Part shown: positions 39,406 to 53,300 of the stretch, one piece after another
How positions within the stretch are numbered: the stretch's first letter is position 1
Layout: each line of letters opens with the position of its first letter
NCBI GenBank assembly: GCA_951406725.2
Contig: OX597814.1
Coordinates: 102,672,001 to 102,736,000 of the forward strand
Direction of reading: 5' to 3'
From: Octopus vulgaris
Lineage: Eukaryota
DNA length: 64,000 nucleotides
Notes under the pieces: model-generated
Told to the model about the DNA's origin: nothing
The model's database searches: none
Seen by the model: only the letters and a program-made list of their open reading frames with translations
Program-made: the position numbers and the translations under genes

Positions 39406-42400
39406 TATATATTGTCTCTTTAGTTCCAGGCCTAACTTCACTAAACAGTGACCCATGATTGGATTCCTTCAACCAGAAACATCCTGTCTTTTCCTAAATG
39501 TAAACAATCCACAACAACATTGCCGAATATATTCTTTAAGTTGGTAAGTTATGAATTGAAGAGGATTTAGCAATTAAATCTTGCAGTTCTCTACCGTATA
39601 TTGACTCCTTTAAAAGTTTGGCTCCCTTATTTGAGATTAACCATTGAACTAAAGAACTTTGAAAGGTTCAGAAAAGAATAAAATTAATGTTTTACAACAT
39701 TACCCGCCAGCAGACTGAAAGTCGATAGTATAACAAACGAGTATAAAACAAATGTCCCAGAAAAACATGTTTACAAGAACTAAATGTTCATACAAGGGCA
39801 AGGAAAAAGCTAATCAAATAAAGTAGGAGCAAACATGGCAAACACTTACTGTGACACTTGCAATTAGAAGCCATCTCATCGTATAACATGCTTCAAGTAA
39901 CAGCAATCCAACTAATCAGGGAATAAAATATGCTAATGATGTCTACGGCTAACTTGCTGAAGGAAAAGTTTATTCTATAACTTTGTGGGATATATATTTG
40001 TTGATGTGTCTTTTCTTAATATTGATAAGTTTTGAAAATGAATCAGGAATACGTTATGAATTTGCAAAATCTAGTTATTGTCCTTCATTTCTAAAACATA
40101 AATCATACAGAGTTCACTAAAATATCAGTTTGTAAAAATTTATACTGTGTACCAATAGTGGTACATGATGCAGGTTGGGACAGTTACCCATGTACCATAT
40201 ATGGCGCATGATGTGGTTAAAGTGTTAAGAGAACATATGCTTCAATTGGACCTATGCACAGTAACCAAGTGTCCACAACGGTGTTCGTGTTGTTCACAAT
40301 ATCCACTGCAGGACTGAAATCCGGAACAGCATCAAGGCCACTGCATCACAGCCTTGCCACTGAACTGCATAATGTGGAAGTGTGTAACCAGTGTTTTTGA
40401 CTGTGTCTCAGGACCACTCGGATAAATGCGGAGGCTGATAGCTAGGGATGAAGGCATAAATTCTGTGGCTCAGGGTCATCTCAGAATAATAGCTAGGGAT
40501 GCAGACACAAATTCTGTGAACAAAGGCAACAATTGTTTGCATCTTGCTGTGAAGAAGGTGTTCCATTCTCAGGTTCAATAGTCAAACATTCTAGAGCAAT
40601 ACTCTCACAAGTTCAGACCCTGAAAGGGATGAAGGTTCTCTGACGTGGTGGTTGCTAGTTATCTAGTCCACTAGAAAGCCAATTATGACTTTAAAAACAA
40701 AGGAGACATTACTCCATTAGACCTCCTTAAAAATGCATAGTCCAAAGGAAAATTAAAGACATTATTCCCACCACAAATACTATGTAGGTTGACTGAAGTT
40801 AATACATGAAATTCCATCCCTGGGGTCATGTTCAAAAAGTAAATCATAGCAAGTTCAGACTCCAAACATTGAAGAAAAGTAAGTCCAGACTGTGGCAGAG
40901 TAAGTTGAGTCTTCAGAGATTGAAGAGAAGAAAGTCCAAATGGTGACAGAAACTTGTGTGTGTGTGAGTTTGTGGAGAAGGTCCTGACGACATCACAGAC
41001 AGTTGAATGTGCAAAGGTCGAGGATAAGAAAGTACAGACCGAGTGACAGCCAGTAGAGGCTACATCCCAGTAAGTTGATTCTTAAAACCTGGAAGAAAAT
41101 GATCTCCGGAAGGAGTCACGTCAGTTAGGAAGTAATTGGTAGCAAGCAGGAATTTTCTTGGGAATTAAAACCATTCACAGGCAAATTATCAAGTATAACA
41201 ATCCTTTGAACATTATGAACATAGTTCAGGAATGATGTGCGATGATTCAGAAGTTGTAATCTAGAAAAACGGCCACACAAATCAAGAAAAGAGGCTTTTA
41301 GAGAAAGTGAGTGCTTAAATGCCCTTGAATATCTATCATTAGTCAAAGAAGGGAGATGTGTGTAATATATTTTGTCTCTTTAGTTCCAGGCCTAACTTCA
41401 CTAAACAGTGACCCATGATTGGATTCCTTCAACCAGAAACATCCTGTCTTTTCCTAAATGTAAACAATCCACAACAACATTGCCGAATATATTCTTTAAG
41501 GTGGTAAGTTATGAATTGAAGAGGATTTAGCAATTAAATCTTGCAGATCTCTACCGTATATTGACTCCTTTAAAAGTTTGGCTCCCTTATTTGAGATTAA
41601 CCTTTGAACAAAAGAACTTTGAAAGGTTCAAAAAAGAATAAAAATAATGTTTTACAACATTACCCGCCAGCAGACTGAAAGTCGATAGTATAACAAACGA
41701 GTATAAAACAAATGTCCCAGAAAAACATGTTTACAAGAACTAAATGTTCATACAAGGGCAAGGAAAAAGATAATCAAATGAAGTAGGAGCAAACATGGCA
41801 AACACTTACTGTGACACTTGCAATTAGAAGCCATCTCATCGTATAACATGCTTCAAGTTACAGCAATCCAACTAATCAGGGAATAAAATATGCTAATGAT
41901 GTCTACGGCTAACTTGCTGAAGGAAAAGTTTATTCTATAACTTTGTGGGATATATATTTGTTGATGTGTCTTTTCTTAATATTGATAAGTTTTGAAAATG
42001 AATCAGGAATACGTTATGAATTTGCAAAATCTAGTTATTGTCCTTCATTTCTAAAACATAAATCATACAGAGTTCACTAAAATATCAGTTTGTAAAAATT
42101 TATACTGTGTACCAATAGTGGTACATGATGCAGGTTGGGACAGTTACCCATGTACCATATATGGCGCACGATGTGGTTAAAGTGTTGAGAGAACATATGC
42201 TTCAATTGGACCTATGCACAGTAACCAAGTGGCCACAACGGTGTTCGTGTGGTTCACAATATCCACTACAGGACTGAAATCCGGAACAGCATCAAGGCCA
42301 CTGCATCACAGCCTTGCCACTGAACTGCATAATGTGGAAGTGTGTAACCAGTGTTTTTGACTGTGTCTCAGGACCACTCAGAAAAATGCAGAGGCTGATA

Positions 42401-44516
42401 GCTAGGGATGAAGGCATAAATTCTGTGGGTCAGGGTCATCTCAGAATAATAGCTAGGGATGCAGACACAAATTCTGTGAACAAAGGCAACAATTGTTTGC
42501 ACCTTGCTGTGAAGAAGGGGTTCCATTCTCAGGTTCAATAGTCAAACATTCTAGAGCAATACTCTCACAAGTTCAGACCCTGAAAGAGATGAAGGTTCTC
42601 TGACGTGGTGGTTGCTAGTTATCTAGTCCACTAGAAAGCCAATTATGACTTTAAAAACAAAGGAGACATTACTCCATTAGACCTCCTTAAAAATGCATAG
42701 TCCAAAGGAAAATTAAAGACATTATTCCCACCACAAATACTATGTAGGTTAACTGAAGTTAATACATGAAATTCCATCCCTGGGGTCATGTTCAAAAAGT
42801 AAATCATAGCAAGTTCAGACTCCAAACATTGAAGAAAAGTAAGTCCAGACTGTGGCAGAGTAAGTTGAGACTTCAGAGATTGAAGAGAAGAAAGTCCAAA
42901 TGGTGACAGAAACTTGTGTGTGTGTGAGTTTGTGGAGAAGGACCTGACGACATCACAGACAGTTGAATGTGCAAAGGTCGAGGATAAGAAAGTACAGACC
43001 GAGTGACAGCCAGTAGAGGCTACATCCCAGTAAGTTCATTCTTAAAACCTGGAAGAAAAGGATCTCCGGAAGGAGTCACGTCAGTTAGGAAGTAATTGGT
43101 AGCAAGTAGGAATTTTCTTGGGAATTAAAACCATTCACAGGCAAATTATCAAGTATAACAATCCTTTGAACATTATGAACATAGTTCAGGGATGACGTGC
43201 AATGATTCAGAAGTTGTAATGTAGAAAAACGGCCACACAAATCAAGAAAAGAGGCTTTTAGAGAATGTGAGTGCTTAAATGCCCTTGAATATCTATCATT
43301 AGTCAAAGAAGGGAGATGTGTGTAATATATTTTGTCTCTTTAGTTCCAGGCCTAACTTTACTAAACAGTGACCGATGATTGGATTCCTTCAACCAGAAAC
43401 ATCCTGTCTTTTCCTAAATGTAAACAATCCACAACAACATTGCCGAATATATTCTTTAAGGTGGTAAGTTATGAATTGAAGAGGATTTAGCAATTAAATC
43501 TTGCAGATCTCTACCGTATATTGACTCCTTTAAAAGTTTGGCTCCCTTATTTGAGATTAACCATTGAACTAAACAACTTTGAAAGGTTCAAACAAGAATA
43601 AAATTAATGTTTTACAACATTACCTGCCAGCAGACTGAAAGTCGATAGTATAACAAACGAGTATAAAACAAATGTCCCAGGAAAACATGTTTACAAGAAC
43701 TAAATGTTCATACAAGGGCAAGGAAAAAGCTAATCAAATGAAGTAGGAGCAAACATGGCAAACACTTACTGTGACACTTGCAATTAGAAGCCATCTCATC
43801 GTATAACATGCTTCAAGTTACAGCAATCCAACTAATCAGGGAATAAAATATGCTAATGATGTCTACGGCTAATTTGCTGAAGGAAAAGTTTATTCTATAA
43901 CTTTGTGGGATATATATTTGTTGATGTGTCTTTTCTTAATATTGATATGTTTTGAAAATGAATCAGGAATATGTTATGAATTTGCAAAATCTAGTTATTG
44001 TCCTTCATTTCTAAAACATAAATCTTACTGAGTTCACTAAAATATCAGTTTGTAAAAATTTATACTGTGTACCAATAGTGGTACATGATGCAGGTTGGGA
44101 CAGTTACCCATGTACCATATATGGCGCACGATGTGGTTAAAGTGTTAAGAGAACATATGCTTCAATTGGACCTATGCACAGTAACCAAGTGTCCACAACA
44201 GTGTTCGTGTGGTTCACAATATCCACTACAGGACTGAAATCCGGAACAGCATCAAGGCCACTGCATCACAGCCTTGCCACTGAACTGCATAATGTGGAAG
44301 TGTGTAACCAGTGTTTTTGACTGTGTCTCAGGACCACTCGGAAAAATGCGGAGGCTGATAGCTAGGGATGAAGGCATAAATTCTGTGGCTCAGGGTCATC
44401 TCAGAATAATAGCTAGGGATGCAGACACAAATTCTGTGAACAAAGGCAACAACTGTTTGCATCTTGCTGTGAAGAAGGGGTTCCATTCTCAGGTTCAATA
44501 GTCAAACATTCTAGAG

Positions 44517-47347
44517 CAGGGGTCTCCAAAGTACGGCCCGCCAAGGTTTTTAATCCAGCCCGCCGAGCTGTCCTCCAAAATTATAAAACAAATGTCGAAA
44601 AACAAGCCTTGCCGAAATCATACAAAAACAAATATACTTTACACCCCTTTTAATACGTTTGACAAATATAGTACAGCAAATAGACGCAAGACGACGCTAA
44701 TTGATTTGCCATCAATTAATGTCTTTAAATTGCGCCGGCGAATTAAAAATTTATACACTAAACTTTAGTGTAAATATAGGTTCTTTTCCACTCCCCCCGT
44801 TTTAACTGACCCATCAGAACCACCATAAAATGAATTAACTTCGCTATGGAGCTACCTATCATTCATCTTAGATAATAGGCGATTGTCAGTGAGATGGATG
44901 GTGCTGCTTACAATGAAGCAGAGATTCAATTTCTAGCTTTATTGATGTCGCAGAAAAGTCAACCTATTCCGTCAACTGTCGAGAGAGCAGATACGACAAG
45001 TATGACGTTAATAAAAGTCCCGTGCCTAGTATAATAAAAGAAGACAAATATCGATTTATCGATGTCACCTACATCTCACGAGCGATGAATAGAGAGGGTT
45101 GAGCCTGACGTTGTGTGGTGGTTTCTAATCCTGGTGCAGTCGCCAATCAGCGTGGAGTAAAGTTCGATGCGCATTCCGTCAGTCAGCACAGACTTGGCGT
45201 TTTCGTTGTGCACAAGTGTGAGTCGTCGTCGCTGCCGAAGTGAATGCACGTATCGAGTGACCTGTGAATATTGTTTTTACTTGTTTCGTCCTTTTACATA
45301 TATTGTCGAGCAAAATCTGTCGACCCATGGTAAAAATGTTAGCTCAAGGAAGAAAACGAAAAATCGACTCTGAGTGTAGAGTTTTTAAGGAACAATGGAA
45401 CATAGACTATTTTGTCATAGAGTCAAACAACAAGGCACTATGCGTTATATGCACCGACACAATTGCAGTACTTAAAGAGTACAACATTCGGAGACATTAT
45501 GAAAAAAAGCATTCATCACAGTACTACCAATTCATTGGACAGCTACGTAAAGAGAAATTTGACAAATTAAAGAAGAATTTATCATCAATGCAGTTTGTTT
45601 TCAAGAAGAAGGCTGTAGAAAAAGAGAGAGCAACAAGAGCAAGCTTCCATGTTGCTAACCTTTTGGCGAAGAAAGGTAAGCCATTTACAGATGGTGAACT
45701 TATCAAAAAGTGCTTGAATGAGGTAGCTAAGGAAATGTGTCCAGAAAACGTAGATTTATTTTCCGCAATTAGTCTTTCTGCGAACACTGTTGCTCGTAGG
45801 GTTGAACATATTGAAAGAAATATTAAATCACAGCTAAAAGACAAAGCCAGCAAGTTTGTATGCTTTTCTGTTGCACTTGATGAGTCAATTGATGTATCAG
45901 ACACATCCCAATTGTTATTGTTCATCAGAGGAATAAATGCCAATTTTGAGATTACTGAGGAACTTGTATCTGTGCACAGCATGCATGGAACAACAACAGG
46001 CATAGATATTTTTAGAGAAGTGGAAAAGTCAGTGGCTGAGTATAATTTGGAATGGAAAAAACTAAAATGCATAACAACAGATGGTGGCAGAAATATGTGT
46101 GGAACCAAAAAGGGCTTAGTTGGGCAAATTAACAAAGTAATTGAGAATTCTGGTGGATTGAAACCTTTGGTATTGCATTGTATTCTTCATCAGCAAGCAC
46201 TGTGTGGAAAGCATCTTGATTTATCATCTGTATTAGATCCTGTGATTTCCACTGTTAACTACATAAGATCTCATGGACTCAAACATCGCCAATTTCGTGA
46301 TTTCTTGGAGGAAATGAATGCTGAGTTTCCAGACCTACCTTACTATACTTCAGTAAGATGGCTTAGCTATGGAAAAATTCTGGCTAGATTTTTGAGCTTC
46401 GAACTGAAATTGAAATATTTTTAAATGAGAAAAACCATTCACAGGTGTTGCTCAAAGACAGTGAATGGCTCTGGAAATTAGCATTTTCAGCCGATTTAAC
46501 TATGCATCTCAATGATTTCAACCTACGGATACAAGGTGAAACTTCACTCATCTGTGATTTGTACTCAAAGGTGAAAGCTTTTCGTAAGAAATTAATACTA
46601 TTTGAAAGTCAGTTAACAAGAAGCTGCTTTACTCATTTTTCACAATGTGACAAATATAGACAGGAAGCTGCCACTCCATTTCCAAACTTGTTTGCTCAAG
46701 ATGTCATTTTAGCTTTGAAACAACAGTTTGAAGAACGTTTTTCTGATCTTGATGCATGTTCTTCAAAACTAAGAATTTTTGAAAATCCATTTAACTCTGT
46801 TATTGGAGACTTACCTTCTGAGTTACAAATGGAAGTTATTGATTTGCAATCCAATGACATCCTGAAGGACAAATATAAAGAGGGAAATTTGATTGAATTC
46901 TACAAATGCCTTCCATCCGACCAATTTCTTCATTTAAGGAGGTTTGCCTGTGAATTCATTTCAGTTTTTGGCACCACATATTTGTGTGAGAAGACTTTTT
47001 CAAAGATGAAATACACAAAATCCTGCTACAGATCACAATTGTCTGATGAACATTTAAATGCATTGCTTGTTATTGGAACCACTCATTTTGAACCTTAGTT
47101 GGACAAAATTTTGTCAGAAATGAAACAATTTCATGTTTCCCCTATTGATCAAAGTTAAAAAAAACATGTTAATTGTTACTGATATTATATACATTGTGAT
47201 TATGTACTGAATAAATAACCTTTTTTAATTATTAATTCACTATTTATTTATATTATTTTGGTAAAATAAATAATTTAGAACCTTGGCTCCCGTAGCTTTA
47301 AAAATTCAGCAATGTGGCCCTCCGCTGGAAAACTTTGGAGACCCCTG
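44517..47347 (+). mobile_element. Full-length hAT DNA transposon (Charlie/Buster group, SPIN/OC1-like), 2831 bp
   Basis: Perfect 16-bp TIR CAGGGGTCTCCAAAGT; 8-bp TSD TTCTAGAG at 44509-44516 and 47348-47355; sister units show the empty site CATTCTAGAGCAATAC. Confidence 0.97.
45327..47158 (+). pseudogene. hAT transposase (GTF2IRD2/SPIN-like), one frameshift and one late nonsense codon
   Basis: KRKIDSECRVF, CVIC..RRHYEKKH (BED-like finger), ALDES, TTDGG, HCILHQ, VRWLS, TYLCEKTFS. T5 run at 46389-46393 splits the two ORFs; TAG at 47096-47098, frame continues to TAA at 47156-47158. Confidence 0.92.
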
Positions 47348-49399
47348 TTCTAGAGCAATACTCTCACAAGTTCAGACCCTGAAAGGGATGAAGGTTCTCT
47401 GACGTGGTGGTTGCTAGTTATCTAGTCCACTAGAAAGCCAATTATGACTTTAAAAACAAAGGAGACATTACTCCATTAGACCTCCTTAAAAATGCATAGT
47501 CCAAAGGAAAATTAAAGACATTATTCCCACCACAAATACTATGTAGGTTGACTGAAGTTAATACATGAAATTCCATCCCTGGAGTCATGTTCAAAAAGTA
47601 AATCATAGCAAGTTCAGACTCCAAACATTGAAGAAAAGTAAGTCCAGACTGTGGCAGAGTAAGTTGAGACTTCAGAGATTGAAGAGAAGAAAGTCCAAAT
47701 GGTGACAGAAACTTGTGTGTGTGTGTGAGTTTGTGGAGAAGGTCCTGACGACATCACAGACAGTTGAATGTGCAAAGGTCGAGGATAAGAAAGTACAGAC
47801 CGAGTGACAGCCAGTAGAGGCTACATCCCAGTAAGTTGATTCTTAAAACCTGGAAGAAAAGGATCTCCGGAAGGAGTCATGTCAGTTAGGAAGTAATTGG
47901 TAGCAAGTAGGAATTTTCTTGGGAATTAAAACCATTCACAGGCAAATTATCAAGTATAACAATCCTTTGAACATTATGAACATAGTTCAGGAATGATTTG
48001 CGATGATTCAGAAGTTGTAATCTAGAAAAACGGCCACACAAATCACGAAAAGAGGCTTTTAGAGAAAGTGAGTGCTTAACTGCCCTTGAATATCTATCAT
48101 TAGTCAAAGAAGGGAGATGTGTGTAATATATTTTGTCTCTTTAGTTCCAGGCCTAACTTCACTAAACAGTGACCCATGATTGGATTCCTTCAACCAGAAA
48201 CATCCTGTCTTTTCCTAAATGTAAACAATCCACAACAACATTGCCGAATATATTCTTTAAGGTGGTAAGTTATGAATTGAAGAGGATTTAGCAATTAAAT
48301 CTTGCAGATCTCTACCGTATATTGACTCCTTTAATAGTTTGGCTCCCTTATTTGAGATTAACCATTGAACTAAACAACTTTTAAATGTTCAAAAAAGAAA
48401 AACAATACTGATTCACATCGCTACCCGCCAGCAGACTGAAAGTCGATAGTATAACAAACGAGTATAAAACAAATGTCCCAGGAAAACACGTGTTTACAAG
48501 AACTAAATGTTCATACAAAGGCAAGAAAAAAGCTAATCAAATGAAGTAGGAGCAAACATGGCAAACACTTACTGTAACATTTGCAATTAGAAGCCATCTC
48601 ATCGTATAACATGCTTCAAGTTACAGCAATCCAACTAATCAGGGAATAAAATATGCTAACGATGTCTGTTGCTAATTTGCTGAAGGAAAAGTTTATTCTA
48701 TAACTTTTTGGAATCTATAATTGTTAATGTGTCTTATTCCTGATTCATTATCAAAACTTATCAATAATATGTTATAAATTTGCAAAGTCTAGTTATTGTC
48801 CTTCATTTCTAAAACATAAATCATACAGAGTTCATTAAAATATCAGTTTGTAAAAATTTATACTGCGTACCAATAGTGGTACATAATGCAGGTTGGGACA
48901 GTTAACCATGTACCAAATATGGTGCACAATGTGTTTAAAGTGTTAGGAGAACATATGATCAAGCAATGCTTCAATTGGACCTATGCACAGTAACCAAGTG
49001 GCCACAACAGTGTTCTTATGGTTCACGATATCCACAACTGGGCTGTATCCTAGGACAGCATCATGGCCACTGCATCACAGCCTTGCCACTGAAATGTATA
49101 ATGTGGAGGTGTGTCAGCAGTGTTTTTTCGCTGTGTCTCAGGGACACTTCGGAATGATGCAGAGGTTGATAGCTAGGGATGCAGGCAAAAATTCTGTAAA
49201 AAATGAAGGCAACAATAGCAAATAAAATATGCTAAGATTGTCTGTTTCTAATTTGTTAAAGGATAAGTTAATCCAATAACTTTTTTTTATCTATATTTGT
49301 TGATATTTTACTTTATTATTATTGATAAGTTTTGATCAGGCGTCGGCAACCTGTGGCACATAAGTTCAACCAGCATTGCTGCTGAATTGCATAACGTAG

Positions 49400-50360
49400 A
49401 GGTGTGTTATCATTACTTTTTGCTGTGTCTCAGGGTCACCTCAGAATAATGCAAAAGTTGATAGCTAGAGATGCACAAATAAATTCTGTGCCTCAGGGTC
49501 ATCTCAGAATAACCCACAGATTAATAGCTAGGGATACAGGCACAAATTCTGAGAACAAAGGCAACAATTATTTGCACCTTGCTGTAAAGAAGGGGTTCCA
49601 TTCTCAGGTTCAATAGTCAAACATTCTAGAGGAATACTGCACCGAGCTCAAACTCAGAAACGGATAAAGGCTCTCTGATGTGGTGGTTGCTAGTTATCTG
49701 GTCCACCAGTGAGCTAATTTTGACTTTAAAAACAAAGGAGACATAACTGCAGTGGACCTCCTTATAAATGCAAAGTCCAAAGAAAAATTAAATACATTAT
49801 TCCCACTACAAATACTATGTAGGTTGTCTGAAGTTAATACATGAAATTCCATCCCTGGGGTCATGTTCAAACAGTAAATCATAGCAAGTTCAGACTCCAA
49901 ACATTGAAGAAAAGGAAGTCCAAACAGTGGCAGACTAAGTTGAGACTTCAATGATTGAAGAGAAGAAAGTCCAAATGGGGACCGCAACATGTGTGTGTGG
50001 AGAAGGTCCTGACGACATCACAGGCAGTTTAATGCGCAAAGGAGAAGAAAAGAAAGTAATGGCTGATTCACAGCCATTAGAGGCTACATGCCAGAATGCT
50101 GATTCTAAAAACCTGGAAGAGAAGGATCTCCTAAAGGTGTCACGTCAGTTAGGAAGCAATTGGTAGCAAGTTGGAATATTCTTGGGAATTAAAACTATTG
50201 ACGTGCAAATTATCAAGCATAACTATCCTTTGAACATTGTCAAATAGATCAACCAAATGCTGTACGATGTAATCTAGAAAAACAGCCATACAAACGACAA
50301 AAAGAGGCTTTAAAAGAAAGTGAGTGCTTAACCACACTTAAATATCTATCACTAGACAAA
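49400..50360 (+). pseudogene. Best-preserved ankyrin-RING-death domain copy in the array
   Basis: FAVSQGHLRIMQKLIARDAQINSV..GNNYLHLAVKKGFHS; VVVASYLVHQ*ANFDFKNKGDITAVDLL; KNLEEKDLLKVSRQLGSNW*QVGIFLGIKTIDVQIIKHNYPLNIVK*INQML. Confidence 0.75.
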
Positions 50361-53300
50361 GAAGGGAAATGCTTCAATTGGACCTATGCACAGTAACCAA
50401 GTGGCCACAACAGTGTCCTTATGGTTCACAATATTCACAACTGGACTGAATCCCGGCACAGCATCAAAGCCACTGCATCACAGCATTGCCACTGAACTGC
50501 ATAATGTTGAGGTGTGTAACAGAGTGCTTTTTGATGTGTCTCAGGGATACTTCGGAATGATGCAGAGGTTGATAGCTAGGGATGCAGGCAAAAATTCTGT
50601 AATCAAAGAAGACAACAATAGCAAATAAAATATGCTAAGATTGTCTGTTTCTAATTTGTTAAAGGATAAGTATATCCTATAACTTTTTGTATTTATATTT
50701 GTTGATTTGCTTTTTGTTGATATTTTACTTTATTATAATTGATAAGTTTTGATCAGGCATCGGCAACCTGCTGCACATAAGCTCCACAGAGCGTTGCTAC
50801 TAAACTACATAACGTAGAGGTGTGTTATCATTAGTTTTTGCTATGTCTGAAGGTCACCGCAGAACAATCGAAAAGTTGAAAGCTAGAGATGCACACATAA
50901 ATTCTGTGCCTCAGGTTCATCTCAGAATTACCCACAGATTAATAGCTAGGGATGCAGACACAAATTCTGTGAACAAAGGCAACAACTGTTTGCACCTGGC
51001 TGTGAAGACGGGGGTTCCATTCTCAGGTTCAATAGTGAAACATTCTAGAGGAATACTTCACTGAGCTCAAACTCAGAAACGGATTAAGGCTCTCTGATGT
51101 AGTGATTGCAAGTTATCTAGTCCACCAGAGAGCCTATTTTGACCTCAAAAACAAAGAAGACATAACTTCAGTGGACCTCCTTATAAATGCAAAGTCCAAA
51201 GAAAAATTAAAGATGTTATTCCCACCACAAATACTATGTAGGTTGTGTGAAGTAAATACATGAAATTCCATCCCTGGAGTCATGTTCAAAGAGTAAATCA
51301 TAGCAAGATCAGACTCCAAACATTGAAGAAAAAGAAGTCCAAACTGTGGCAGAGTAAGTTAAGACTTCAAAGATTGAAGAGAAAAAGTCCAAATGGTGAT
51401 AGCAACGTGTGTGTGTGTGAGTGTGTGTGGAGAATGTCCTGACAACACCACAGATAGTTGAATGTGCAAAGGTCGAGGACCAGAAAGTACAGACCGATTA
51501 ACAGCCAGTAGAGGCTACATCCCAGTAAGTTGATTCTTAAAATCTGGAAGAGTTACGTCAGTTAGGAAGTAATTGGTAGCAACTTGGAATTTTCTTGAGA
51601 ATTAAAACTATTCACCGGCAATTTATCAAGCATAACTATCCTTTGAACATAGTCAAATAGATCTACCAAATGCTGTTCAAATAGTACAAAAGTTGTAATC
51701 TAGAAAAACTGCCGCACAAATCACGAAAAGAGGCTTTTAAAGAAACCGAATGTTTCAATGCACTTAAATATCTATCACTAGACAAAGAAGGGAGATGTGT
51801 GTAAATGTTGTTGCTCTTTAGTCACAGGCCTTACTTCACTATACAGTGACCCATGATTATATTCCTTCAACCAGAAACATCCTGTCTTTTCCTAAATGTA
51901 AACAATCCACAACAACATTGCCGAATATATTCTTTAAGGTGGTAAGTTAGGAATTGAAGCGGATTTAGCAATTAAATCTTGCAGATCTCTACCGTATATA
52001 GACTCCTTTAATAGTTTGGCTCCCTTATTTGAGATTAACCTTTGAACTAAACGACTTTTAAATGTCCAAAAAAGAAAAACAATACTGATTCACATCGCTA
52101 CCCGCCAGCAGACTGAAAGTCGATAGTATAACAAACGAGTATAAAACAAATGTCCCAGAAAAACGTGTTTACAAGAACTAAATGTTCATACAAGGGCAAG
52201 GAAAAAGCTAATCAAATGGGGTAGGAACAAACGTGGCAAACACATACTGTAACATTTGCAATGAGAAGCCATCTCATCGTATAACATGCTTCAAGTTACA
52301 GCAAGCCAACTAATCAGGGAATAAAATATGCTAACAATGTCTGTTGCTAATTTGCTGAAGGAAAAGTTTATTCTATAACTTTTTGGGATATATATTTGTT
52401 GATGTGTCTTTTCTTTTGAAAATGAATCAGGAATATGTTATAAATTTGCAAAATCTTGTTACTGTCCTTTATTTCTAAAATATAAATCATACAGAGTTCA
52501 CTAAAATATCAGTTTGTAAATATTTATACTGTGTACCAAAAGTGGTACATGATGCAGGTGGGACAGTTACCCATGTACCATATATGGCGCACGATGTGGT
52601 TAAAGTGTTAAGAGAACTTATAATCAGGCGATGCGTCAATTGGACCTATGCACAGTAACCGAGTGGCCACAACAGTGTTCTTGTGGTTCACAATATCCAC
52701 AACTGGACTGAAATCCGGAACAGCATCAAGGCCACTGCATCACAGCCTTGCCACTGAACTGCATAATATGGAAGTGTGTAACAAATGTTTTTTGCCGTGT
52801 CTCAGGAACACTTAGGAATAATGCACCAGTTAATAGCTAGGGATGCAGGCACAAATTCTGTGAACAAAGGCTACAATTGTTTGCAACTTGCTGTGAAGAA
52901 GGGGCTCCATTCTTAGGTTCAATAGTGAAACATTCTAGAGGAATACTCTCACGAGTTCAGACTCAGAAAGCGATAAAGGCTCTCTGATGTGGTGGTTGCT
53001 AGTTATCTAGTCCACTGGAAAGCCATTTATGACTTTAAAAACAAAGGAGACATTACTCCATTGGACCTCCTTAAAAATGCGAAGTCCAAAGAAAATCTTA
53101 AAGACATTATTCCCACCACAAATACTATGTAGGTTGGGCTGAAGTTAATACATGAAATTCCATCCCTGGGGTCAGGTTCAAAAAGTAAATCATAGCAAGT
53201 TCAGACTCCAAACAGTGGCAGAGTAAGTTGAGACTTCAAAGATTGAAGAGAAGAAAGTCCAAATGTGTGTGTGTGTGGAAAAGGTCCTGACGACATCACA

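Noticed and set aside
45524-46135. 203-aa antisense ORF in the hAT
   Set aside because: Lies opposite the transposase with no independent motif.
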